From an uncultured Candidatus Pelagibacter sp. (GTDB lineage: Bacteria > Pseudomonadota > Alphaproteobacteria > Pelagibacterales > Pelagibacteraceae): DNA of 64,000 bases. Below the pieces are notes generated by a model. The model was given only the letters and a program-made list of their open reading frames with translations, was not told where the DNA came from and did no database searches. The translations under genes and the position numbers were made by a program. Of the stretch, positions 51,628 through 61,196 are shown piece after piece. The stretch is from NCBI GenBank assembly GCA_913030805.1, contig CAJWDL010000004.1:2719-66718 (forward strand). The letters run 5' to 3'. Numbering within the stretch: position 1 is the stretch's first letter; each line of letters starts with the position of its first letter.

Positions 51628-52532
51628 AAGAACCAAAAGCCCTAGATTATATGTTGTTAACTATTTTAGCATTCGTTTGGGCATCAGCATTTTTTAATAT
51701 TAAAATAGCCACTTATTCTTATGGACCTATTACAATTGCTTTTCTTAGAAGTTTTTTTGGAACAATTCCTTTGGTTTTAATATGTTATTTAAGAAAAATT
51801 AAGATCGAAGCTTTTTCCAAAGATTGGTATTGGTTTGCAGCTATAGGAATCATTAATTTGGTAATCCCATTTTTCTTGATTGCATATGGAGTTCAAAAAG
51901 TTCAAAGCAACTTAGCTGCTATATTGATGGCGAGCACCCCATTAACTGCAGCTGTTTTAGCACACTTTTTTACCAGCAATGAAAAGATTAATTTAATAAA
52001 ATCTGTTGGAATTCTAGTTGGATTTTCTGGAATTGTTTTTTTATTTTTTGATGAAATTTTAATTAATGAAAACAACTTTTTTTCTGCTTTCTTAATTTTA
52101 TTTGGATCGTGTTTTTATGTTGTTGGAGGAGTGTTAACCCTAAGGATTAGCAATAAAAAAAATGAAAATGTCACAGCTTCAATTTGTATTTGGGCTACTT
52201 TATTTTTGTTTCCCATAAGCATGTTTATTGAACAACCCTGGAATTTAACCCCAAGGTTGGATTCAACAATTTCACTTATTTATCTTGGTGTTTTTTCTAC
52301 GGGAATTGCTTGGCTGCTTAGATTTTATATTTTGAAAAAAAATGGTCTAGTTTTTCAAGCTCAAGTTGCTTATCTAATCCCAATATTTGGAGTGATTTTA
52401 GGTTTTATATTTTTAAAAGAAGAAATTACTTCTAGAGTAATTTTATCCTTGCTGGCTGTTATTTTGGGAATATATTTAGTTAAGAGATCAGCAAACTTAC
52501 AAGTGTTGAAAAAAAAGAAAAAGTTTATTTAA
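51624..52532 (+). CDS. DMT-superfamily (EamA-type) transporter
   Basis: 302 aa with 10 predicted TM helices arranged as two EamA repeats. Confidence 0.85.
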   Translation: MKEPKALDYMLLTILAFVWASAFFNIKIATYSYGPITIAFLRSFFGTIPLVLICYLRKIKIEAFSKDWYWFAAIGIINLVIPFFLIAYGVQKVQSNLAAILMASTPLTAAVLAHFFTSNEKINLIKSVGILVGFSGIVFLFFDEILINENNFFSAFLILFGSCFYVVGGVLTLRISNKKNENVTASICIWATLFLFPISMFIEQPWNLTPRLDSTISLIYLGVFSTGIAWLLRFYILKKNGLVFQAQVAYLIPIFGVILGFIFLKEEITSRVILSLLAVILGIYLVKRSANLQVLKKKKKFI

Positions 52533-53439
52533 GTTTAGCAATTTTATTTATGTGCGAAGGTCCGATCTCACAGCAACCTCCTAAAATTGTAGCGCCATTG
52601 TCTTTGAATTTTTTTGTAAAATCATAAAATTTATCTGGGTTTATATCTTTCCTTGATCCCAAAATAATATTTGGATTTCCATTTTCGCCCCAAGTCGAAG
52701 ACGAAGATACCCCATAATTGTCAGGAATATTTTTAAATGCGTTTAATTTAAATCCATACGGAATATTTAAATTTTTTAATTCTTTAATTATTATTTCATA
52801 ATATTCAGGGGCAACACAGGCTGTAATAATACCTAGCCAATTTTCATCTTTGTATTTTTTTACTATATCGCTAACATTTTCACCAGACGGGAGTTTTCCA
52901 TTTTTTCTGATATGAACGCCTACTAACACTGGTAAATTGAATGATTTGATTGTTTTAAGCGCAATTTCACATTCTTTTCCGCTACCCATTACATCTAAAT
53001 AAAAGAAATCAATATTTTTTTTTAACAACTTGGCTTGATCATAAAAATTTTTTTCAATTGAATTTAAATCATCCCCCAAATTTGCACTATAGGTTTGATA
53101 CTGATTAGGTAAACCTCCGGCTATTAATATGTTTTTTTTTGAGATATCTCTAGCCCTTAGCGCAAGCTCTACTGCCTTGGTGTTTATATACTCAAAATAT
53201 TTTTCACATTTATTTTGGATTAATCTACTTCTTCTAGCAGTAAAGGTTGTTGTTACTATAACATCTGCACCAGCGTTGATAAAATCTATATGTGTATCAA
53301 TTACTAATTGATGGTATTTTTTATCTATCAAAGCGGAGGCTGACCAAAGAGTTCCCCGAGGTTTTAATCCTCTTTTCAGTAACTCTTGGCCCATACCACC
53401 GTCTAGAATTCTTGTTTTTGAGAAGTATTTATTGTCCAT
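52525..53439 (-). CDS. mmuM: Homocysteine S-methyltransferase (MmuM-like)
   Basis: ILDGGMGQEL N-terminus. Zn-ligand Cys residues in ITACV and GGCCE. Confidence 0.8.
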   Translation of the reverse strand: MDNKYFSKTRILDGGMGQELLKRGLKPRGTLWSASALIDKKYHQLVIDTHIDFINAGADVIVTTTFTARRSRLIQNKCEKYFEYINTKAVELALRARDISKKNILIAGGLPNQYQTYSANLGDDLNSIEKNFYDQAKLLKKNIDFFYLDVMGSGKECEIALKTIKSFNLPVLVGVHIRKNGKLPSGENVSDIVKKYKDENWLGIITACVAPEYYEIIIKELKNLNIPYGFKLNAFKNIPDNYGVSSSSTWGENGNPNIILGSRKDINPDKFYDFTKKFKDNGATILGGCCEIGPSHINKIAKLK

Positions 53440-53450
53440 AATCCTATTAA

Positions 53451-54194
53451 CTAAAAAATTTTAAAGCCCATTCTTACAGCAACGAAAACAACCAGTATAG
53501 CGGTTATTAAGGCCAAAATACGGGTTGGAAATATTTTTAAATTTAAAAAATTTCCTAGCTGCCCTCCAACTAGAACAGCTGCTAAAAGATACCAGTAATT
53601 TAAAATTTCAGCTAAAACTGCATTTTTTGTTAATTGTCCAATAATTCCAGAGATAGAATTAATTAGGATAAACAATGAGGCGGTTGTTATTATGTGTTTT
53701 GGTTTGCCCGCTCTTATTAAAAAAAGTATTGGGCTTAAAAAAATTCCTCCCCCAATTCCGACAATGCCCGAAATGAATCCCAGCGCTCCTCCAATTAAAA
53801 TTGAAACTGGTACTGGAATTTTTTTATAATTTTCTTCTTTGTCATCGTAAGATTTAAAATTTAATAACAACAAAGTCCCCGCCACCGATAAAACCAAAAA
53901 CAGCAATATTTCAAACAATCTTTTTTCTATCGGTAAAGATCCACCAATAAGGGCTAAAGGTATAGACCCAATTAAATAAGGGATTAAAAGTTTAATATTT
54001 ATGTTTCCTGCCCTAATATAATTAAAGCAATTACCTGATACGACGATAATATTGCAACATAAGGCAATAACAGGAAAAATGAAGTAGGGGATGCCCCCAA
54101 TTAAAAGGAGAGCCAAATACGTAGACCCACCACCAAAACCAACACTGGAATAAAGTACTGCGGTAGCCAAAAATAATATTGCTAATAACATCAT
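53451..54194 (-). CDS. TauE/SafE-family (sulfite-exporter-like) membrane permease
   Basis: 247 aa with about 8 TM helices and the repeated GxGGG motifs (VGFGGGS, GIGGGIF) of the TauE/DUF81 family. Confidence 0.85.
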   Translation of the reverse strand: MMLLAILFLATAVLYSSVGFGGGSTYLALLLIGGIPYFIFPVIALCCNIIVVSGNCFNYIRAGNINIKLLIPYLIGSIPLALIGGSLPIEKRLFEILLFLVLSVAGTLLLLNFKSYDDKEENYKKIPVPVSILIGGALGFISGIVGIGGGIFLSPILFLIRAGKPKHIITTASLFILINSISGIIGQLTKNAVLAEILNYWYLLAAVLVGGQLGNFLNLKIFPTRILALITAILVVFVAVRMGFKIF

Positions 54195-54218
54195 CGTTAT
54201 TTATCCTATAATTTAATT

Positions 54219-54719
54219 ATGCAAGTTAAGATAGCACTTTTAACTGTGACAGACACCAGAACCATTGATACCGATAAATCGGGTGCCATCTTAGTAAAAA
54301 AAATTAAAGAGCAAAATCATAAACTGGTCGATAGGAAAATTGTAAAAGACGAAAAAGAAGAAATAAAAAAAACAATATCAGAATGGATAAAAAATAAAGA
54401 CCTTGATGTAATTATCACAACAGGAGGAACGGGTTTAACTGGTAGAGATATCACTCCTGAAGCAATAAAAGAAATTGCAGATAAAGAAATTCCTGGATTT
54501 GGAGAATTATTTAGGCAATTGAGCTATAAAACTATTGGAACGGCTACCATGCAATCAAGGGCATTCGCTGTATTGGCAAATGGAAAATACATATTTGCTT
54601 TGCCCGGTTCTTCAGGTGGAGTAACGGATGCATGGGATGGAATTCTAAAATATCAACTTGATATCAATAACAAACCCTGTAATTTTGTAGAATTATTTCC
54701 AAGACTTAAAGAGAAATAG
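54219..54719 (+). CDS. moaB: Molybdenum cofactor biosynthesis protein B (MoaB/MogA fold)
   Basis: VSDTR-like TVTDTR and ITTGGTGLTGRDITPEA motifs. Confidence 0.85.
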   Translation: MQVKIALLTVTDTRTIDTDKSGAILVKKIKEQNHKLVDRKIVKDEKEEIKKTISEWIKNKDLDVIITTGGTGLTGRDITPEAIKEIADKEIPGFGELFRQLSYKTIGTATMQSRAFAVLANGKYIFALPGSSGGVTDAWDGILKYQLDINNKPCNFVELFPRLKEK

Positions 54720-54806
54720 TTTTTTTATTTATCACACAAACCGATTTTTATTATAATCAATATTACTATTTTATTTTTTTTTGTAATGAGTTAATAATAG
54801 CTCGGC

Positions 54807-55187
54807 ATGGAGCATTTTATAGAAGAGATAGTTTTTCTGCAAGACAAGATCTTTTTAAGAGGATTTGTGTTTGGGCTTGTTCACGTTGGTATAATGCTTA
54901 TAGGTTTTTATACAGGTTGGAGTATTAATAGATTATTAAAAATTATCTCTAATGGTTTTATAGCTGGCATAATGGGAGTTGTTATTGCCCATGTAGTGGC
55001 GGACTACATTGCTGCAACGTTAGACCCAGATATTAGACCTGCTGCTCTGGGCATTGTTGTAGGAGGTCTATTGCCTTTGATTTTAATTCCTTTCTTAGAA
55101 AAATATATAACTAAAAGTAAATACCACATTGCTATAGGAGATCATGAAGATCTCCAAAAAGATTTGAAAAAGAAACACAGAAAATAA
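54807..55187 (+). CDS. Hypothetical membrane protein (3 predicted TM helices)
   Basis: 126 aa with hydrophobic segments and a basic tail. I recognise no family. Confidence 0.5.
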   Translation: MEHFIEEIVFLQDKIFLRGFVFGLVHVGIMLIGFYTGWSINRLLKIISNGFIAGIMGVVIAHVVADYIAATLDPDIRPAALGIVVGGLLPLILIPFLEKYITKSKYHIAIGDHEDLQKDLKKKHRK

Positions 55188-55197
55188 CTTTTGTTCG

Positions 55198-55569
55198 TTA
55201 GATTCCTTTTTTTATAGCAGAATAAATAGTTTTTTTATCAGTTTGGCCAATAATACGAACAATCTCGTCATTTCCTTTATAAACTACGATGGTTGTCCAA
55301 AAATCTATAGCTAGCTTTTTGGCTATATCTTTATTTTTACTTTGTTCATAGCTAAAAAAAATAATGTCCTTAAATTCTTTCTCAGCTTGGTTTAAAATTT
55401 TTACTTGAATATTGCAAGTTCCACACCAAGTTTCGTATGAATTTATAACTATTGTTCTTCCATTGGCTTTTGCATTTTCAAATATTTCTGTTGAAAAATT
55501 AGTTTTTTTTTCAACTGAAAAAGCTGAAAAAGAGGTAAAAATAAAAATTAAAAGTATTAATTTTTTCAT
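55198..55569 (-). CDS. Periplasmic thioredoxin-family protein (WCGTC)
   Basis: Signal peptide from Met 55569 (MKKLILLIFIFTSFSAFS) and a WCGTC redox motif. Its ATG overlaps the TGA of the upstream DUF1244 gene, forming ATGA. Confidence 0.8.
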   Translation of the reverse strand: MKKLILLIFIFTSFSAFSVEKKTNFSTEIFENAKANGRTIVINSYETWCGTCNIQVKILNQAEKEFKDIIFFSYEQSKNKDIAKKLAIDFWTTIVVYKGNDEIVRIIGQTDKKTIYSAIKKGI

Positions 55570-55817
55570 AATTTTTTTTGATACTTTTGCTTCCATTCAT
55601 TGTAAGGCATGCCATAAACGTGTTTTCTGGCATCAGCATCGGAAATAGTTATCCCTTTTTTCTGGGCTTCTTCGCGATACCATCTAGATAAACAATTTCT
55701 GCAAAAACCAGCTAGATTCATAAGATCAATATTATGAACGTCTTTTCTTTCCTGTAAATGTTGAATTAATTTTTCAAAAGTCGCAGACTGTAATTCTTTT
55801 TTTATTTCATTATCCAT
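55566..55817 (-). CDS. DUF1244 domain-containing protein
   Basis: 83 aa. LAGFCRNCLSRWY..YGMPYNEWK matches the DUF1244 pattern. Confidence 0.8.
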   Translation of the reverse strand: MDNEIKKELQSATFEKLIQHLQERKDVHNIDLMNLAGFCRNCLSRWYREEAQKKGITISDADARKHVYGMPYNEWKQKYQKKL

Positions 55818-55850
55818 ATATAAAATATTATATAGTAATTTATTTGAATT

Positions 55851-56420
55851 ATGAAACTGACTGGATCATTCGAAATTAAGTTAGATAAGAACTCGGTTTG
55901 GAAAGCCTTAAATAATCCTGAAATTTTGAAAAAATGTATTCCTGGATGTGAAGAATTTAAAAAAAAATCTGATATCAATTTTACCGCAGCTGCAACAAAT
56001 AAAATTGGACCAGTTAACGCTAGTTTTACAGGAGATATTGAGCTTCAAGATTTAAACCCTCCTGATAGTTATAAAATCATAGGAAAAGGTAACTCTCCAG
56101 TTGGCATCGCTTCGGGGGAGGCCTTAGTACAGCTGGAAGAAAATAATGGAATAACAAAACTAACATACAATGTTCAAGCTAATGTCGGTGGAAAAATAGC
56201 TCAAATAGGATCAAGATTAATTGATATGACAGCAAAAAAAATGGCAGATATTTTTTTTGGTAGATTTTTGGAGTTGTTATCTCCACCCGAAACAAAAAAA
56301 GATCTTAAAGCTATTCCAAAAGATCGTTTTGATTTTAATCAAATTAACAAAAAATGGGCACATGTTGTAATTATGATTGTTGTTATAATAGCAATTTATT
56401 TGGCAAAAAATTTTTTCTAA
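55851..56420 (+). CDS. coxG: CoxG-like SRPBCC protein with a C-terminal transmembrane tail
   Basis: MKLTGSFEI..VWKALNNPEILKKCIPGCE is typical of CoxG. The last 21 aa (WAHVVIMIVVIIAIYLAKNFF) are hydrophobic. Confidence 0.8.
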   Translation: MKLTGSFEIKLDKNSVWKALNNPEILKKCIPGCEEFKKKSDINFTAAATNKIGPVNASFTGDIELQDLNPPDSYKIIGKGNSPVGIASGEALVQLEENNGITKLTYNVQANVGGKIAQIGSRLIDMTAKKMADIFFGRFLELLSPPETKKDLKAIPKDRFDFNQINKKWAHVVIMIVVIIAIYLAKNFF

Positions 56421-56496
56421 TATAACGTGTACTTAAGTTTGTCATTGCACCTTTATAACCATTATGTTTAAATATTTTTTTTAGGATTAAAGTTCT

Positions 56497-56958
56497 ATGC
56501 AAAGAGTTTCTCTGGTAATTAATGGCAATAAAGTTTCACGGGAAATAGAAGATCGAACATTATTATCATCACTGCTGCGAGATATTTTGAGTTTAACAGG
56601 TACTCACGTTGGTTGTGACACTAGCCAATGTGGAGCTTGCGTTGTTCTCGTGGATGGAAAATCAGTTAAAAGTTGCACACTTTTTGCTGCAGACATTGAT
56701 GGATCCAAAATTATAACTATAGAAGGATTGGCAAACAATGGAAAATTGCATCCAATACAAGAGGCTCTCAAAAAACATCATGGTTTGCAATGTGGTTTCT
56801 GTACGCCAGGAATGGTGATGAGCGTAGTAGATCTATTAAAAAACAAAAAAAATCCTAGCGATCAAGAAATTAGAGATTGGTTAAAAGGTAATATTTGTCG
56901 TTGCACAGGTTATCAAAATATTGTGGCAGCTGTTAAAGAGGCTGCTTCAAAAATGTAG
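56497..56958 (+). CDS. coxS: Molybdenum hydroxylase small subunit, (2Fe-2S)-binding (CoxS-like)
   Basis: Both cluster motifs are present: [12 protein letters not shown] and [14 protein letters not shown]. Confidence 0.94.
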   Translation: MQRVSLVINGNKVSREIEDRTLLSSLLRDILSLTGTHVGCDTSQCGACVVLVDGKSVKSCTLFAADIDGSKIITIEGLANNGKLHPIQEALKKHHGLQCGFCTPGMVMSVVDLLKNKKNPSDQEIRDWLKGNICRCTGYQNIVAAVKEAASKM

Positions 56959-56973
56959 ATAAGGATAAAGAAT

Positions 56974-59349
56974 ATGGCAAGTTTAGTAGGTTCAAGGGTA
57001 GAAAGAAAAGAAGATAAAAAATTTCTTACCGGAAAAGGAAGATATACCGCTGATATTAACCTTGCTAATCAGACCTATGCATATTTTGTCAGATCTCCAC
57101 ATGCAAGGGCTAGTATTTCAAAAGTTGATGTTTCCAAAGCTTCCAATGCACCTGGCGTGGTAAAAATATTAACGGGAGATGATTTGGCTGAAGATAAGAT
57201 CGGTGGCCTCATTGCAGGTTGGAAAATCGTAAGCCAAGATGGAACTGATATGAAAGTTCCTGCTCACCCTCCACTCGCAAACAATACAGTAAATTATGTG
57301 GGCGATCATGTAGCGGTTGTGATTGCAGAAACTCTTGATCAAGCTAGAGAAGCGGCAGATTTAGTTAGAGTTGATTATAAAGTACTAAAAGCCGTAGTAA
57401 AGACTAGTGACGCATTGAATTCAAAACCAATCCATGAGGGAATAGATAAAAATTTATGTTTTGATTGGGGTCTGGGAGATAAATCAAAAACAGATGAAGC
57501 TTTTTCAAAAGCTGAAAAAATTATCAAAATTGATTTGGTTAACAATCGGTTAATTCCTAATGCGATGGAACCAAGAGCTTCAATTGGAGATTACAACCCT
57601 TCATCTGAGAATTTAACTTTGTATACCACAAACCAAAATCCTCATTTAACTCGATTAGTTTTATCTGCTTTTTGTGCTATTCAACCGGAACATAAATTCA
57701 GAGTTGTCGCACCTGACGTGGGAGGTGGTTTTGGATCAAAAATTTATCCATATGCAGAAGATGCCGTTATAGCATGGACAGCTAAAAAAATAGAAAGACC
57801 TGTGAAATGGGTTGCAGAGAGAACAGAGTCATTTCTGTCCGATTGCCACGGAAGAGATCATATTACACATGCTGAACTAGCTGTAAAAAATGATGGAAAA
57901 ATTGTTGGATTAAAAGTAGAAACTATAGCCAATCTTGGTGGGTACGCCTCTTTGTTTGCAACTGTTACTCCAACTTATTTATACGGACCCTTAGTACTCG
58001 GTCTTTATGATATTCCCGTTGCATTTTGTAATGTCAAAGCAGTTTATACAAATACAACTCCCGTAGATGCCTACAGAGGAGCAGGAAGACCAGAAGCAAC
58101 TTATATGATTGAAAGATTAGTTGAAAAAGCCGCAAAAGAAATGGGAATTGATAGGGCAGAATTTAGGAGCAAAAATTTTATAAGTAAATTCCCTCACCAG
58201 CAGTGTTTGGTCCACAATATTGACTCAGGTGATTATTCTGCGCATTTGAACAAAGCTTTAGAATTGTCAGATTATAAAAATTTTGAAAACAGAAGAACAG
58301 AATCTAAATCTAAAGGGAAATTAAGAGGCATAGGTTTTTCAACTTATCTTGAAGCGTGCGGAATTGCGCCTTCAGCAGTGGTTATGTCTATAGGTGCGGG
58401 AGTTGGCTTGTGGGAATCTGCCGAAATAAGATTTAATGCAACTGGAAATATTTCAGTATTTACTGGAACTCATAGTCATGGACAAGGACACGATACTACA
58501 TTCGCTCAAATTGTATCGGATAAACTTGGTGTTCCAATAGAAAATATTGATTTAGTTCATGGTGATACTGACAAAGGACCATTTGGAATGGGAACTTATG
58601 GATCAAGATCTCTTGCAGTTGGTGGAACGGCAATCACAAAAGCTTGTGATAAAATTATAGATAAAGGTAAAAAGGTAGCTGCCCATATGTTAGAGGCAAA
58701 ACCAGATGAAATAGATTTTAAAGCTGGTGAATTTATTGTCAAAAATTCTAACAAAAAGAAAACTATAGGCGAAATAGCTTTTGCTTGTTATTTACCAGGA
58801 CAATACGGCGAAATTAAATCTCCTCTTCCGGAAGGGGTTGAACCTGGATTGAAAGAAACAGCATTTTATGATCCAGTAAATTTTTCTTTTCCAGCCGGAA
58901 CTCATATATGCGAAGTGGAAGTCGATCAAGATACTGGTGAAACTAAAGTTGTTGCCTATACAGCGGTAGATGACTTTGGAACCGTAATTAATCCAATGAT
59001 AGTTGAAGGTCAAGTTCATGGAGGTGTAGTTCAAGGAATTGGACAGGCTTTATATGAAAATGCTCGCTATGATGAATCAGGACAACTAATTACCGCATCT
59101 TATATGGATTATACGATGCCGAGAGCAAATAATCTTCCAGAATTAAGAATTGATTATACATCAACACCCGCAACTTCAAATCCTTTAGGTGTCAAAGGGT
59201 GTGGGGAAGCAGGAGCTATTGCAGCTCCACCAGCGGTGATGAACGCAGTTATTGATGCAATTGATATAGATATATCGATGCCCGCAACATCGGAGAAAGT
59301 ATGTAACGCGTTACAAAAAAATAAAAAAAATAATAAGGAAGCAGCATAA
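56974..59349 (+). CDS. coxL: Molybdenum hydroxylase large subunit, CoxL form II type (AYRGAGR loop)
   Basis: 791 aa in the aldehyde oxidase/xanthine dehydrogenase Mo-binding family (VGGGFGSK, GCGE). The active-site loop AYRGAGR lies at nt 58069-58089. Confidence 0.9.
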   Translation: MASLVGSRVERKEDKKFLTGKGRYTADINLANQTYAYFVRSPHARASISKVDVSKASNAPGVVKILTGDDLAEDKIGGLIAGWKIVSQDGTDMKVPAHPPLANNTVNYVGDHVAVVIAETLDQAREAADLVRVDYKVLKAVVKTSDALNSKPIHEGIDKNLCFDWGLGDKSKTDEAFSKAEKIIKIDLVNNRLIPNAMEPRASIGDYNPSSENLTLYTTNQNPHLTRLVLSAFCAIQPEHKFRVVAPDVGGGFGSKIYPYAEDAVIAWTAKKIERPVKWVAERTESFLSDCHGRDHITHAELAVKNDGKIVGLKVETIANLGGYASLFATVTPTYLYGPLVLGLYDIPVAFCNVKAVYTNTTPVDAYRGAGRPEATYMIERLVEKAAKEMGIDRAEFRSKNFISKFPHQQCLVHNIDSGDYSAHLNKALELSDYKNFENRRTESKSKGKLRGIGFSTYLEACGIAPSAVVMSIGAGVGLWESAEIRFNATGNISVFTGTHSHGQGHDTTFAQIVSDKLGVPIENIDLVHGDTDKGPFGMGTYGSRSLAVGGTAITKACDKIIDKGKKVAAHMLEAKPDEIDFKAGEFIVKNSNKKKTIGEIAFACYLPGQYGEIKSPLPEGVEPGLKETAFYDPVNFSFPAGTHICEVEVDQDTGETKVVAYTAVDDFGTVINPMIVEGQVHGGVVQGIGQALYENARYDESGQLITASYMDYTMPRANNLPELRIDYTSTPATSNPLGVKGCGEAGAIAAPPAVMNAVIDAIDIDISMPATSEKVCNALQKNKKNNKEAA

Positions 59350-59352
59350 ATT

Positions 59353-60141
59353 ATGAAAAGTTTTAATTTTCATTCGATAAAAAGTGTTAAAGAAGCACAG
59401 AAATTAGCTTCGGGTAAATCAGTCTATTTAGCTGGGGGAATGACCACTATTCCGGCGATGAAGCATGGTCTTGCATCCTATTCAGATATTATTGATATAA
59501 AAAACATTAAAGATTTATCTGGAATAAAAGTATCAAGTAAAAGTATAAGAATTGGAGCAATCACTAAACATGCGGAAGTAGCTTCATCAAAAGAAGTTAG
59601 GAAATCAATTTCTTCTTTAGCCCTTTTGGCAGATGGTATTGGTGATGCCCAAGTTCGAAATCGTGGAACAATAGGAGGTTCGATTGCAAATAATGATCCT
59701 ACCGCCGATTATCCTTCAGCTTGTTTAGCTTTAAATGCCACTATTCACACTAGTAACAGAAAGATTCATGCAAATAAATTTTTTAAAGATATGTTTGAAA
59801 CAGCTTTAAAAAAAGGAGAATTAATTGAAACGGTAGAATTTCAAATCCCCACTAAATCATCCTATGAAAAATTTCCAAGTCCGGCATCTCTGTATGCTAT
59901 GGTTGGAGTTTATGTTGCTAAATATAAAAGTGAGGTGATCGTTGCTGTAACAGGTGCGCAATCAGTTGTTTACCGCTGCAAGGAAATTGAAAATGCTTTA
60001 AATTCTAATTTTTCAGCTTCAGCCATAGATGGTGTAAAAATTAAATCATCGGGTCTAAACTCTGATATTCATGCATCTTCAGATTATCGAGCACACTTAA
60101 TCAAAGTTTTGGCTAAAAAAGCTGTTACAGGTTGCAAATAA
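59353..60141 (+). CDS. coxM: Molybdenum hydroxylase medium subunit, FAD-binding (CoxM-like)
   Basis: 262 aa. AGGMT and TIGGSIAN motifs of the FAD_binding_5/CO_deh_flav family. Confidence 0.9.
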   Translation: MKSFNFHSIKSVKEAQKLASGKSVYLAGGMTTIPAMKHGLASYSDIIDIKNIKDLSGIKVSSKSIRIGAITKHAEVASSKEVRKSISSLALLADGIGDAQVRNRGTIGGSIANNDPTADYPSACLALNATIHTSNRKIHANKFFKDMFETALKKGELIETVEFQIPTKSSYEKFPSPASLYAMVGVYVAKYKSEVIVAVTGAQSVVYRCKEIENALNSNFSASAIDGVKIKSSGLNSDIHASSDYRAHLIKVLAKKAVTGCK

Positions 60142-60182
60142 GCCCTTTCAAACCTAATCATTTATAATTTAATATATATCAA

Positions 60183-60512
60183 ATGAAAAATTCATTTGAT
60201 GAAAAAATACTAGATGAAGCCAAAGACTGGATTACAGCTAATCAAAGTGTTGTTTTAGCTACCGTTATTCAAACATGGGGATCTTCACCCAGAGCTGTTG
60301 GGAGTCGGATGATTGTAAATGATAAGGGAGATTTTTCTGGATCAGTTTCAGGTGGATGCGTTGAAACCGCAGTTGTTAGAGAATGCTTAGGTTTATTAAA
60401 AGAAAATAAAGCATGTAAAAAAATAGAATTTAGAGTTTCAAATGAAAGTGCCTGGGAAATAGGTTTAGCTTGTGGTGGTGAAATCGCAATTTTTCTCGAA
60501 CAAATTAATTGA
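60183..60512 (+). CDS. XdhC/CoxI-family maturation factor, N-terminal domain only
   Basis: 109 aa. VLATVIQTWGSSPRAVGSRMIV..GSVSGGCVE is the XdhC_CoxI domain. Confidence 0.82.
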   Translation: MKNSFDEKILDEAKDWITANQSVVLATVIQTWGSSPRAVGSRMIVNDKGDFSGSVSGGCVETAVVRECLGLLKENKACKKIEFRVSNESAWEIGLACGGEIAIFLEQIN

Positions 60513-61196
60513 ATGAAAAAACAATTACTCAACGAAATTATTGAAAAAAAAAGAAACAAGATTGAGTTTGCAATCGTTACCAATCTTGATAATGGCAAGA
60601 GTTATATTTTTGAAAAGGATAAATCTGTCGATAAAAATATTGAAGAACATAAAGACAAAATTAGTTTTTATTTTGATAAAAAAAAGAATGGCATAATAGA
60701 AGGTACAAATATCTTTGTTGAAAACTACATTCGTCCAATTAAAGTCTTTATTGTTGGTGCCGTTCATATCGCTCAGTATTTGGTGAATTTTGTAAAAAGT
60801 TTGAACTTTGAAATTTCAATAATTGATCCTAGAGGATATTTTGCATCAGAACAAAGATTTCCAGATATTAGAATAATTAATAAATGGCCAAAAGAAGCGC
60901 TTGAGGAAAATAAACTTGATCAAAATACTGCTTTGATAGCCTTAACACACGATCCTAAAATTGATGATCCGGCTCTTCAATATGCAATAAAAAATAATTT
61001 TTTTTATATAGGAGCGCTTGGTAGTAAAAAAACTCACGAAAATCGCCGCAAAAGATTAAAGGAGGCAGGATTTAAGGATGAAGAAATTAAAAGAATTTAT
61101 GGACCCATTGGAATAAAACTTGGAGGTCGTTCTGCTCCAGAAATTGCTTTATCAATTATTGCTCAACTTGTTTCCGAAACATACAAAAGATTATGA
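60513..61196 (+). CDS. XdhC-family maturation factor, C-terminal Rossmann-like domain only
   Basis: VFIVGAVHIAQ, LTHDPKIDDPAL, and GALGSKKTH..R motifs of XdhC_C. Same reading frame as the preceding ORF, separated from it by a single TGA. Confidence 0.82.
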   Translation: MKKQLLNEIIEKKRNKIEFAIVTNLDNGKSYIFEKDKSVDKNIEEHKDKISFYFDKKKNGIIEGTNIFVENYIRPIKVFIVGAVHIAQYLVNFVKSLNFEISIIDPRGYFASEQRFPDIRIINKWPKEALEENKLDQNTALIALTHDPKIDDPALQYAIKNNFFYIGALGSKKTHENRRKRLKEAGFKDEEIKRIYGPIGIKLGGRSAPEIALSIIAQLVSETYKRL

